NCBI GenBank assembly: GCA_022763365.1
Contig: JALEGN010000017.1
Span: 96-64,095 of the forward strand
Origin: Minisyncoccota bacterium
GTDB taxonomy: Bacteria > Patescibacteriota > Minisyncoccia > Phycocordibacterales > UBA1006
Length of the DNA: 64,000 bases
Reading direction: 5' to 3'
The position numbers and the translations under genes are program-made. Shown here in pieces: positions 1 to 8,271 of this stretch; position 1 is the stretch's first letter; each line of letters opens with the position of its first letter. Below the pieces are notes generated by a model. The model was given only the letters and a program-made list of their open reading frames with translations. It was not told the DNA's origin and ran no database searches.

Positions 1-1517
1 CATCAGCTGATAATGACTCGCTTGCTGAAGGTGACAAAAAAGCTGAAGTTGCTGAAATCGAATTACAAGTAGATGAAGCTGATGTGACCCTTGAACGTTT
101 TGACCTTATCATCAACTACATTGGAGATGAATCTTCAGATGAAGATGATGCATGGAAGGTATTTAATAAAGCACACGTGATGGTAAATGGAGATACTGTT
201 TCAACCGTAAGTCTTAACAACAAACGATCATGGTCTGACCAAAACGTTGGTGGTGACTATGGATCTGCAGGATTTGATAAAAAAGAAAATCGATTCCGTA
301 TTTCAGGAATTAATGAAGTTCTTAAGAAAAATAAAAGACACACCATTACTGTAGCTCTTGATGTTGCAAACTCAATAAAACTAGGAAGTGATGATCAATC
401 AGAATGGGTCTTCGCACTTGATAAGCAATCAATGCGGTTTCGAGATAGTTCAGGATTTACTCATTTCATCACCGAAGGTTCTGGAACTGCTGGGGAATAC
501 GTAACATTCGTTATTGAGCAAGAAGGTACTCAAGACGAACTTACTATTCGAAATAGTTCAGAGCAAGATACCAAATCAATTATTCAAGTTGAAGATGATA
601 AGCGGTCATCATTTGAAACTATTCTCGATTTTGATGTAGAAGCAGGTGAGGACTCATCAGATATCGAAGCTGATACCATCTTCGTTGCTGTTGAAACTGC
701 TGGTGCTAACGTATCTCAAGTAATTAATGATCTTGAATTGCGTATTGGAAGCAATCGATATACCAAGTGGTCATTTGCGAACAAAAATCATGGTGGAATT
801 GATTACAATGCTAACAGTACCCAAGCTCTTATCGAGTTTGATGTGAAAGGACGAGATCTTCTTTTTGAAAATGACAAGAAAACGAAGGTATCTATTGTTG
901 CTGAATTTAAGTCAGCAAATGGAACAAATTACGAACAAGGAGTAACGATTACCACATCTATTCCAGCAACTATCGTAGATATTTGGGAAATGGAAGGTGC
1001 TGATGATCTTGAAGCTGGTCAATTAAAAGGATCAGTAACAGGAAATCAATACGTACTCCTTACTGAAGGAATTAACGCTGTAGTTACCTCAACTTACCGA
1101 AAACTACAAAGTGTTTCAGGAGACAATAACGATATTGCCGAATTTGAAGTACAAATGGATATTACCGCATTTAAACAAAATGCATTCATATCAGAAAACG
1201 TTGCTACTGCTATCGCATACTCAATTATTGATGCAAGCACAGGAGAAGTAGTATTTGATTCACGTGGAGATCAAACAGGAACAATGGTAGCCTCAATCTC
1301 AAGTAATGCACGTGAGACAAATGGTTACTATCAATTTGATCAAGGAAAAACAAGAAACCTTACTTTATCAGCAAGCTACAAGCCTGGAATGTCCGGGTCA
1401 TACCGACTACGTATTGATAGCATTGAATTTAGCTCAGTTACCTCACTACCAAACACGACCTTTATTGCGACACCTGCTTCAGACTTTAGAACTGGCAACG
1501 TAAATATTATTAACTAA
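1..1517 (+). CDS. Large acidic beta-rich surface/secreted protein, 5'-truncated by the window edge
   Basis: The frame of ORF 84..1517 is open back to position 3. Rich in D/E/S/T/V, no TM segment, resembles CPR cell-surface proteins. Confidence 0.6.
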   Translation, partial: SADNDSLAEGDKKAEVAEIELQVDEADVTLERFDLIINYIGDESSDEDDAWKVFNKAHVMVNGDTVSTVSLNNKRSWSDQNVGGDYGSAGFDKKENRFRISGINEVLKKNKRHTITVALDVANSIKLGSDDQSEWVFALDKQSMRFRDSSGFTHFITEGSGTAGEYVTFVIEQEGTQDELTIRNSSEQDTKSIIQVEDDKRSSFETILDFDVEAGEDSSDIEADTIFVAVETAGANVSQVINDLELRIGSNRYTKWSFANKNHGGIDYNANSTQALIEFDVKGRDLLFENDKKTKVSIVAEFKSANGTNYEQGVTITTSIPATIVDIWEMEGADDLEAGQLKGSVTGNQYVLLTEGINAVVTSTYRKLQSVSGDNNDIAEFEVQMDITAFKQNAFISENVATAIAYSIIDASTGEVVFDSRGDQTGTMVASISSNARETNGYYQFDQGKTRNLTLSASYKPGMSGSYRLRIDSIEFSSVTSLPNTTFIATPASDFRTGNVNIIN

Positions 1518-1524
1518 CTTTTTT

Positions 1525-1550
1525 GAAAAAACTGATTATTTCAGTTTTTC
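1525..1550 (+). terminator. Intrinsic terminator
   Basis: GAAAAAACTGA-ttatt-TCAGTTTTTC followed by Ts, just after the stop at 1517. Confidence 0.6.
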
Positions 1551-1560
1551 TTTTACAAAA

Positions 1561-1636
1561 GTTCGAACATCATCCCAGTCTGCCAGCTAGCAAAAAGCCA
1601 CTCTAGAAATAGGGTGGTTTTTGGTATACTACAACT
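1561..1636 (+). repeat. Cassette-junction repeat copy 1 (tRNA-3'-like fragment + terminator + extended -10)
   Basis: GTTCGAACATCATCCCAGTCTGCCAGC...AAAAAGCCACTCTAGAAATAGGGTGGTTTTTGGTATACT-N6-ATG. Confidence 0.95.
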
Positions 1637-2227
1637 ATGAAATTTCTAAAAAACAAAAGAGGATTTACTTTGATAGAATTACTTGTAGTTATTTCAATTA
1701 TTGGTGTTCTTTCTACTATTGTTTTAAGTTCTCTAGGTGAAAGTCGTGATAGAGCAAGATATGCAAAAGTTAAGGCGTCTTTAAGACAATTACAAACACA
1801 AGCTGAAATATATTCTTTAACTTATGGTGATTATTCTTCAGTGCAAAATAACTATGTTTGCCCAACATCAGCGTCATCAAGTCCAACAAATTTATTTCAA
1901 TCGGATGAAATATTTCAAATAATTACAGATATCGCAAATACCTTAAATATTTCCGATACAACCGAAACTGAAGAAATTTCTTGTTATACCAGCCCGAGCG
2001 GAAATGAGTATATATTTAGAGTTATGGCTAACGACTTACGTTCTTCAGAAGGTGATTTCGATTTTAGCGGAAACGTGTGGTTTACTCTTTGTGTTGATAT
2101 TTCTGGAGAAATTAAAAGGGGGCTTGGCGGCGGTGCTGATGAAATGCAGACAGGTTCAAGTGAAAATACAGAGTTTGGAGAAGTTACTCCTCCGTACCAT
2201 TGTTTTCCAGATGGTGCTGAAATTTAA
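1637..2227 (+). CDS. Type IV prepilin-like protein
   Basis: KRG^[16 protein letters not shown] class III signal peptide/N-methylation motif; Cys-containing variable C-terminus. Confidence 0.9.
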   Translation: MKFLKNKRGFTLIELLVVISIIGVLSTIVLSSLGESRDRARYAKVKASLRQLQTQAEIYSLTYGDYSSVQNNYVCPTSASSSPTNLFQSDEIFQIITDIANTLNISDTTETEEISCYTSPSGNEYIFRVMANDLRSSEGDFDFSGNVWFTLCVDISGEIKRGLGGGADEMQTGSSENTEFGEVTPPYHCFPDGAEI

Positions 2228-2232
2228 TAAAA

Positions 2233-2308
2233 GTTCGAACATCATCCCAGTCTGCCAGCAGATAAAAAACCACTCTAGAAATAGGGTGGTTTTTGGTATA
2301 CTACATTT
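2233..2308 (+). repeat. Cassette-junction repeat copy 2
   Basis: GTTCGAACATCATCCCAGTCTGCCAGCAGATAAAAAACCACTCTAGAAATAGGGTGGTTTTTGGTATACT-N6-ATG. Confidence 0.95.
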
Positions 2309-2992
2309 ATGAAATTTAAATCTAAAGGATTCACACTTATTGAGCTTCTTGTTGTCGTTTCAATTATTGGAGTATTATCGGCAGTTATTCTTACTTCTTT
2401 ATCTAATGCGCGACAGAATGCAAAAGATGCAGCGTTGATACGTCAAGAACTATCAATATTTTCTGGAAATGGTAGTTCGGTTATTGCTAGTTATGATTTC
2501 AACAATTACGAAGAGGGGGTTTCACCAACTCAAATATCCTCAACCGGAGGTTTTGGCCAAGACTTAGCTATTGTAGGCAATCCAGAAATTCAAGAAGGTA
2601 TTGCGGGTAATGCGCTTTATTTTGATGGAAATGACAGTGTTACAGTTACGGGTGTTACAAATATAAGAGCGATATCAGCAATGTTTAAGGTGACAAGAAA
2701 TGATTTTTCACGTTACTATATTGATGCTCGTCCAGCACTTAGTTCTGGATATATCTATAGTGGAGTAGGATCAGCATGGGATAGATTATACATTAATGGT
2801 GAGCTTGTAAATTCATCAACAACAAGTACTTTTATACCTGAGAATCAGTGGTTTCATCTTATGGCAATAAGAGATACTCCATTTAGTGGACCTGTTGTTT
2901 TCATGAGCCGTTTTACTAATTCTAATTTTCATATAGGACATTTAGATAATGTAAGAATTTATGAAGAAGTTCCTACTGGATATGATTCTTAA
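2309..2992 (+). CDS. Type IV prepilin-like protein with C-terminal LamG/concanavalin A-like domain
   Basis: KG^FTLIELL; C-terminal motifs GNALYFDGND, LYING, NQWFH, GHLDNVRIY typical of Laminin_G_3. Confidence 0.85.
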   Translation: MKFKSKGFTLIELLVVVSIIGVLSAVILTSLSNARQNAKDAALIRQELSIFSGNGSSVIASYDFNNYEEGVSPTQISSTGGFGQDLAIVGNPEIQEGIAGNALYFDGNDSVTVTGVTNIRAISAMFKVTRNDFSRYYIDARPALSSGYIYSGVGSAWDRLYINGELVNSSTTSTFIPENQWFHLMAIRDTPFSGPVVFMSRFTNSNFHIGHLDNVRIYEEVPTGYDS

Positions 2993-3038
2993 ATATTTTA
3001 AGTATCATTCGTTAATGATCACAAGAGAGATTAAATAA

Positions 3039-3114
3039 GTTCGAACATCATCCAGTCTGCCAGCAGATAAAAAACCACTCCAGAAATAGGATGGTTTTTT
3101 GATATACTAAAAGT
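3039..3114 (+). repeat. Cassette-junction repeat copy 3
   Basis: GTTCGAACATCATCCAGTCTGCCAGC (1-nt deletion)...AAAAAACCACTCCAGAAATAGGATGGTTTTTTGATATACT-N6-ATG. Confidence 0.93.
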
Positions 3115-3702
3115 ATGAATTTTAAAAAAGGATTTACATTGATTGAATTACTCGTTGTTATTGCTGTAATCGGTATATTAGCTACTGTAATAATTGCTAG
3201 CTTAGGTTCAGCGAGAACTAAAGCAAAAGATTCTGCGGTCATGAATACTTTATCAAATTATCGAAATCAAGCCGAGTTAGATTATCCTGATGGAGATTAC
3301 TCAGGACTTTGCCTTTCGTTAGGATCTAGTGATTTTCAATCTTATGTTGAATCTCAAGGTGGTGAAGTTAGTTCTTGTGATGATGGGTTAGATAATTATA
3401 GAATAGTTGCAATATTACCTAGTGCTTTAGTAAAAAATAATTTTGTAGAAACAGCATATGCAATGAATGAAGATGGTTTTTGTATAAATTCACTAGGTAC
3501 AGCTGAAAAAGTAATGGTAGAAGATATTGATTCCTTAGTTGCACCTGCATGCAATACTAGTGAATCCACAGGTGCTACACCAAGTTATCAGCGAAGGTGT
3601 AATGATTATACCCCGGAGTGGACTGGTTGTTATGATACTGCAAATAGTGTTTATGTATCAGCTAGTTTTTGTGATGGGCTACCTAGTATTTCTTGTAGAT
3701 AG
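3115..3702 (+). CDS. Type IV prepilin-like protein
   Basis: KKG^[16 protein letters not shown]; Cys-rich C-terminus. Confidence 0.9.
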   Translation: MNFKKGFTLIELLVVIAVIGILATVIIASLGSARTKAKDSAVMNTLSNYRNQAELDYPDGDYSGLCLSLGSSDFQSYVESQGGEVSSCDDGLDNYRIVAILPSALVKNNFVETAYAMNEDGFCINSLGTAEKVMVEDIDSLVAPACNTSESTGATPSYQRRCNDYTPEWTGCYDTANSVYVSASFCDGLPSISCR

Positions 3703-3777
3703 TTCGAACATCATCCCAAACCGCCAGCAGATAAAAAACCACTCTAGAAATAGCGTGGTTTTTGGTATACTAAATTT
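3702..3777 (+). repeat. Cassette-junction repeat copy 4
   Basis: GTTCGAACATCATCCCAAACCGCCAGC...AAAAAACCACTCTAGAAATAGCGTGGTTTTTGGTATACT-N6-ATG; its first base is the G of the upstream TAG stop. Confidence 0.93.
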
Positions 3778-4134
3778 ATGAAATGGTTATCATTCAAAAA
3801 AATAACTTTTGTATTTCTTGTCTTAACTTTGTTAAGTAATGTTTTTGCCACAAATGTACAAACATTTGATACCAGTGCAGAACAATGTGAATTAGAGAAT
3901 CTATATACAAACCCTTGTGCCATTGCTTATATTGGAGATGTTGCTGTTGAAATTGAACAAGATACCGATATCACAAGTATCCATATTGACATAGCAGCTA
4001 TTGATTTTGAATTCATATCTCTTATTCAGGAAAATATTACTCCACAAAAAACTGATTTTTCCCAGTACTACGCTACAGATCTAAGTCCACCTACATTTAT
4101 ACAACTCCCTCGCAGTCATATAGTAATTTCATAA
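3778..4134 (+). CDS. Hypothetical secreted protein
   Basis: Signal-peptide-like N-terminus; starts 6 nt after the repeat's -10. Confidence 0.6.
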   Translation: MKWLSFKKITFVFLVLTLLSNVFATNVQTFDTSAEQCELENLYTNPCAIAYIGDVAVEIEQDTDITSIHIDIAAIDFEFISLIQENITPQKTDFSQYYATDLSPPTFIQLPRSHIVIS

Positions 4135-4172
4135 TTTAATTATCCATTTTATTACTTAATTAAATTATTACT

Positions 4173-4790
4173 ATGAAAAAAAATATTATATATATTATCT
4201 CAGCAGTTATTAGCCTCTTTGTTTCAGTAACGGTTATTGGTTTGTATCACTTTATGCAACAACAAGACTCTCAATTGCAAACTCATTATTATCGTAGCGA
4301 AGTCGCAACACTAGAGTCACCGCATGGCATTAGAAAAGCTATACAACAACGAAAAGATGACTTTATTCTTGTTGATGTTCGCTCCGCACAGGAATATGAA
4401 CAAGAACATATTATTGGAGCCGTAAATGTGCCTGTGTATCGAGACCCTGACACTTCTGCCTATGATGAGGAAGAACGTATTATCATGGAATTTCGCGATG
4501 TGATCAATAAAAATCCAGACAAAAAAGTTATCATTTATTGTTACAGTACTTCATGTATGTCAGGTAGAAAAATTGGAAATATGCTCGCTGATAATGGAAT
4601 TTTTGTTAAAGAGCTTGGTATTGGTTGGAATGAATGGCGATATGATTGGAATATGTGGAACTACCCTCATGAGTGGGAAACAACAAATGTCGAAGACTAT
4701 ATCTACTCAGGTAAGGAACCTGGAGTATACACTAAGTTAGATGATATTGGTGAAGCTGGGTGCTCACTAAGTAAATCATTTGAATGCTAG
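4173..4790 (+). CDS. Membrane-anchored rhodanese-like domain protein
   Basis: N-terminal TM; LVDVRSAQEYEQEHIIGAVNVP and IIYCYSTSC rhodanese motifs. Confidence 0.85.
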   Translation: MKKNIIYIISAVISLFVSVTVIGLYHFMQQQDSQLQTHYYRSEVATLESPHGIRKAIQQRKDDFILVDVRSAQEYEQEHIIGAVNVPVYRDPDTSAYDEEERIIMEFRDVINKNPDKKVIIYCYSTSCMSGRKIGNMLADNGIFVKELGIGWNEWRYDWNMWNYPHEWETTNVEDYIYSGKEPGVYTKLDDIGEAGCSLSKSFEC

Positions 4791-5163
4791 TATGATTCTC
4801 TCAGATATTCAAAAAGAATTCATATTGAATGCTGAATCAAAAGCCCTAGGAACATACGGAGACAATATTCATGTTATCCCTGTATCAACAATTTTTATTA
4901 ATAATGAGCAAATTATTCTTTGTAATTATTTCATGAAAAATACTATTGATAATATTCTCCAGAATCCAAATGTAAGTTTGAGTTGTTGGTCGCAAACACA
5001 AGGGATTCAGATTAAAGGCATTGTTACATACCAAGAAACGGGAGATGTATTTTCTTGGATTCAGAATATTATTTCTCAAAAATATCCTCATAGAATTCTC
5101 AAGGGTGTTCTCGTTATTAATCCCAGTGACGTATATGATACCTCACTTCCACAATTATTATGA
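4780..5163 (+). CDS. Pyridoxamine 5'-phosphate oxidase-like (FMN-binding split barrel) protein
   Basis: YFMKNTIDNILQNPNVSL...GIQIKG pattern; start uncertain (4780 or the ATG at 4792). Confidence 0.7.
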   Translation: MNASMILSDIQKEFILNAESKALGTYGDNIHVIPVSTIFINNEQIILCNYFMKNTIDNILQNPNVSLSCWSQTQGIQIKGIVTYQETGDVFSWIQNIISQKYPHRILKGVLVINPSDVYDTSLPQLL

Positions 5164-5624
5164 AAAAATATATTATCATCTCTCTACTTTTTGGGTTTGC
5201 TCTTGGGTATGTCACATTTATCACTCTTGATGCTTATTCAAATAAAAATCATACGGTAGCAATACAACATAGTCCGCATGCTATGCACCTACACGAACCT
5301 GTACCTGTGTTATCTGAAAATATCCCATCAATTTCAGCAAATATTTTTCCAGACCATAAGTCTGGATACAATATCAATCTCGTTACTGAGCATTTTGAAT
5401 TTACTCCAGAATTAGCAAATATGGAAAACGTTCAAAATCAAGGTCATGCACATATTTATGTGAATAATGAAAAGGTGGCACGAGTTTATGGCTCATGGTA
5501 TCACCTTGATAATCATTATTTAGTTGATGGTTCAAATACAATCCGTATCAGTCTTAATGCTAATGATCATTCAGTTTGGTCAATTAATAATAATCCTATC
5601 GAAGTGAGCTATTTGCTCGATTAA
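5160..5624 (+). CDS. His-rich membrane-anchored putative metal-binding protein
   Basis: N-terminal TM; HSPHAMHLH, GHAHIYVN and LNANDH motifs. Confidence 0.6.
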   Translation: MKKYIIISLLFGFALGYVTFITLDAYSNKNHTVAIQHSPHAMHLHEPVPVLSENIPSISANIFPDHKSGYNINLVTEHFEFTPELANMENVQNQGHAHIYVNNEKVARVYGSWYHLDNHYLVDGSNTIRISLNANDHSVWSINNNPIEVSYLLD

Positions 5625-5628
5625 ATCT

Positions 5629-6621
5629 ATGAAAAAATTATTTATTTTACTTATTGGAGTCTTTTCAATACCGCATACTACACTAGCTCATGTACGTTAC
5701 ATAGCTACTGAAGCAGAGCAAGCCGCATTATCTCAAATCGATTTTGCCTTGTTGTTATCACCACTGAAAGAACCTAAATATATTGTTATGATTATTGCGA
5801 CTTTAATATTGGTTGCTATTGTGTATTGGTTTTGTGACCATAATAAATATATTCATAGGTGGACTGAACACATGGCACATGTAGGGGAATCATATAAACA
5901 ATTTATTCCGTGGATTACACGATTATCATTAGGAATTATTTTAATTGGCGGAGCAACAAATGAGTTCCTCATTTCTCCGGTCCTTGAAACACCTTTCGTT
6001 TGGATGAATATTTTACAATTAATTATTGGGTTCTTCCTGATGGCAGGTTTTATGACTGGAATTTCAGCAATAGTTGCTTTAATTTTATTTATATATGCGC
6101 TGACTCAAGATATGTATTTGATTGGTTCATTCGATATTTTAGGATTAATTCTCTCACTTTTTGCTCTTGATAGTAGGCGTCCTGGGGTAGATGATATCGT
6201 TGGTATCCCTGATTATTTACACATTAAAAAACTACGGAAATACCTTCCTACGATATTACGTATGGGGATTGGTATCGGAATGGCATATCTAGCAATTGTT
6301 GAGAAAATACTTACTCCAGAGCTTGCAGCTATGGTTGCTGAAACAACAGGTCTCGTTGATGTTATTCCTGTCTCCGCAATGATGTGGGCTTTCTCAGCAG
6401 GAGTTATTGAGTTTGTTGTCGGTATTATGTTGTTTATTGGTTTTAGGACACGGTTAGCAGCTGTCGCAGCCCTCATTATTTTATCAATGTCATTCTTCTA
6501 TTTTGGTGAAGATGTAACCTCACACGTGACACTCTTTGGAACTTTATCTGCTGTATTTATTCTTGGTGTTGGTAAATTGGGTGTTGATAGTCCTCATCCA
6601 AAAATTCAAGATTCTCTATAA
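5629..6621 (+). CDS. DoxX-family multi-pass membrane protein (duplicated domain)
   Basis: AHVRY after a signal peptide; LRMGIG...EK, EFVVGIMLFIGFRTR DoxX-like segments. Confidence 0.75.
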   Translation: MKKLFILLIGVFSIPHTTLAHVRYIATEAEQAALSQIDFALLLSPLKEPKYIVMIIATLILVAIVYWFCDHNKYIHRWTEHMAHVGESYKQFIPWITRLSLGIILIGGATNEFLISPVLETPFVWMNILQLIIGFFLMAGFMTGISAIVALILFIYALTQDMYLIGSFDILGLILSLFALDSRRPGVDDIVGIPDYLHIKKLRKYLPTILRMGIGIGMAYLAIVEKILTPELAAMVAETTGLVDVIPVSAMMWAFSAGVIEFVVGIMLFIGFRTRLAAVAALIILSMSFFYFGEDVTSHVTLFGTLSAVFILGVGKLGVDSPHPKIQDSL

Positions 6622-6623
6622 AA

Positions 6624-6719
6624 ATTTGAACATCATCCTAGTCTCCCAGCAATGATAAAATCACCTTATTCTTTAAGGTGATTTTTGGTTCGAGAATCCT
6701 AGTTTGGTATAATTACCTT
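6624..6719 (+). repeat. Cassette-junction repeat copy 5 (divergent variant)
   Basis: ATTTGAACATCATCCTAGTCTCCCAGC, hairpin AAAATCACCTTA/TAAGGTGATTTT, a second fragment GGTTCGAGAATCCTAG, then TGGTATAAT-N6-ATG. Confidence 0.85.
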
Positions 6720-7013
6720 ATGAAAGAATACATAAAATACCTTAAAGATAATCCAAAAGGCTATTGGTTTAAAAGAAAACTATATGGCTGGGGTTGGACA
6801 CCTGCTACATGGCAAGGGTGGCTGGTAACTCTCATGTACATTCTTTTAGTACTCTTTTTCGCACTCACGATTAGTGAGGATTCTGCAGCACGCGAGATAG
6901 TATTTACTTTTATTCTACCAGTAGTGCTACTTACTATAACCTTCTTTAGAATTGCTTATTCTAAAGGAGAAAAACCAAAGTGGATGTGGGGAATACCTAA
7001 GAATGGTGAGTAA
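6720..7013 (+). CDS. Hypothetical 2-TM membrane protein
   Basis: WFKRKLYGWGWTPATWQGW motif; start moved to ATG 6720, 6 nt after TATAAT. Confidence 0.75.
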   Translation: MKEYIKYLKDNPKGYWFKRKLYGWGWTPATWQGWLVTLMYILLVLFFALTISEDSAAREIVFTFILPVVLLTITFFRIAYSKGEKPKWMWGIPKNGE

Positions 7014-7018
7014 AATAA

Positions 7019-7095
7019 GTTCGAACATTATCTCAGTCTGCCAGCATCTAAAAAAATCACCTTAGAAATAGGGTGGTTTTTGGTATACTAACTCT
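7019..7095 (+). repeat. Cassette-junction repeat copy 6
   Basis: GTTCGAACATTATCTCAGTCTGCCAGC...AAAATCACCTTAGAAATAGGGTGGTTTTTGGTATACT-N6-ATG. Confidence 0.93.
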
Positions 7096-7644
7096 ATGAA
7101 ATTTCTTAAAAAAGAAAAAGGATTTACACTCATTGAATTACTTGTAGTAGTTTCAATTATCGGTGTTCTTTCTACTATAGTTTTAAGTTCGTTGGGTGAA
7201 GCTAGGAAAAAGAGTAGATATTCTTCTTTTAAACTTGAACTCCGTCAATTACAAAATGACTTACTCATTTTTGGTACTGAATCAACTAATATATCTGGTT
7301 CAAACGAAGATGAATGTCCGTCGAACTTTAATAGTAATCCTCAAACAATTTTTGAGAGAGAAGAAGTTTTCAATAAAGTTTCTTTGATCGCAGATAAATC
7401 AGGAATTATTAATATGCAGGACGAATCTGAAATGTCATGTTTTGTAGATGCAGCCGGTGTTGCCGCTGGAATAGTTTTTTATGCTAATGATTTTGCAGAA
7501 TATGAAGTAAGCCCTCAGCCTGGAGAAGAAATGTTTTATTGTATTGATATGAATGGAAATATAAATAAAGGATGGGGTAGTTCAGCTGATGATTTTTTTG
7601 ATACTTTTACATATGAATGTGCTGAAGATGACTATGTTGCTTAG
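7096..7644 (+). CDS. Type IV prepilin-like protein (paralog of 1637..2227)
   Basis: KG^[26 protein letters not shown], nearly identical to the N-terminus of the first pilin. Confidence 0.9.
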   Translation: MKFLKKEKGFTLIELLVVVSIIGVLSTIVLSSLGEARKKSRYSSFKLELRQLQNDLLIFGTESTNISGSNEDECPSNFNSNPQTIFEREEVFNKVSLIADKSGIINMQDESEMSCFVDAAGVAAGIVFYANDFAEYEVSPQPGEEMFYCIDMNGNINKGWGSSADDFFDTFTYECAEDDYVA

Positions 7645-7652
7645 AAATAAAA

Positions 7653-7728
7653 GTTCGAACATCATCCCAGTCTGCCAGCATCTAAAAAACTACTCTAGAA
7701 ATAGGGTGCTTTTTGGTATACTACATTA
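7653..7728 (+). repeat. Cassette-junction repeat copy 7
   Basis: GTTCGAACATCATCCCAGTCTGCCAGC...AAAAAACTACTCTAGAAATAGGGTGCTTTTTGGTATACT-N6-ATG. Confidence 0.95.
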
Positions 7729-8241
7729 ATGAGAATAAAAACTAAAAAAGGATTTACGCTAATCGAATTACTTGTGGTTGTTGCTATTATAGGAGTGTTA
7801 GCAAGTATTGTTTTGAGTTCTTTAAATGAAGCAAGAACTAAAGCACGAGATGCTCGAAGAAAATCAGATATAGATCAAATACGAAAAGCAATGATATCAT
7901 TTGCTATTGATAATAACCTTCCTTTTAATTTACAAAATAGCGGTTGTGGTGCAGGTTCAGGTGGTGATGCTATAGGTTGGTACGATGCTGATTACGGAGC
8001 ATCTGGAGGTTCTATTCAAGACTGTCTTGTTAATGGAGGATATATTAGTGAAGAGGTTAATGACCCACTTCGTAATGTTTCAACAGTTGGAACTGATTCT
8101 AATAGATATATGATGTATCCATGCAATGGTAATTTAATTTTGATGGCTAATCTTAAATCTGAACCTAGCCCAGCTCCCGATGCTATCTGTGGCGGATACG
8201 ACACTGCATATGGAATGGATTATTTTGTTGAAATAAGATAA
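7729..8241 (+). CDS. Type IV prepilin / GspG-like protein
   Basis: KKG^FTLIELL...EARTKARDARRKSDI...DP pattern typical of CPR pilins. Confidence 0.9.
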   Translation: MRIKTKKGFTLIELLVVVAIIGVLASIVLSSLNEARTKARDARRKSDIDQIRKAMISFAIDNNLPFNLQNSGCGAGSGGDAIGWYDADYGASGGSIQDCLVNGGYISEEVNDPLRNVSTVGTDSNRYMMYPCNGNLILMANLKSEPSPAPDAICGGYDTAYGMDYFVEIR

Positions 8242-8271
8242 TTAAGAGCACTATTTCGGCTTATAATTCAG

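Noticed and set aside
2004-3781. ORFs 2004..2312, 3048..3242 and 3539..3781 with similar-looking peptide segments
   Set aside because: Shadow frames overlapping pilin genes; the similarity comes only from translating the DNA repeat.
1561-7680. Functional tRNA genes at the repeats
   Set aside because: Only a 3' fragment is present; the D arm, anticodon arm and 5' acceptor strand are missing, and the T-loop is interrupted.
1637-8241. Diversity-generating retroelement acting on the pilins
   Set aside because: No reverse transcriptase and no TR/VR pair differing only at adenines was seen.
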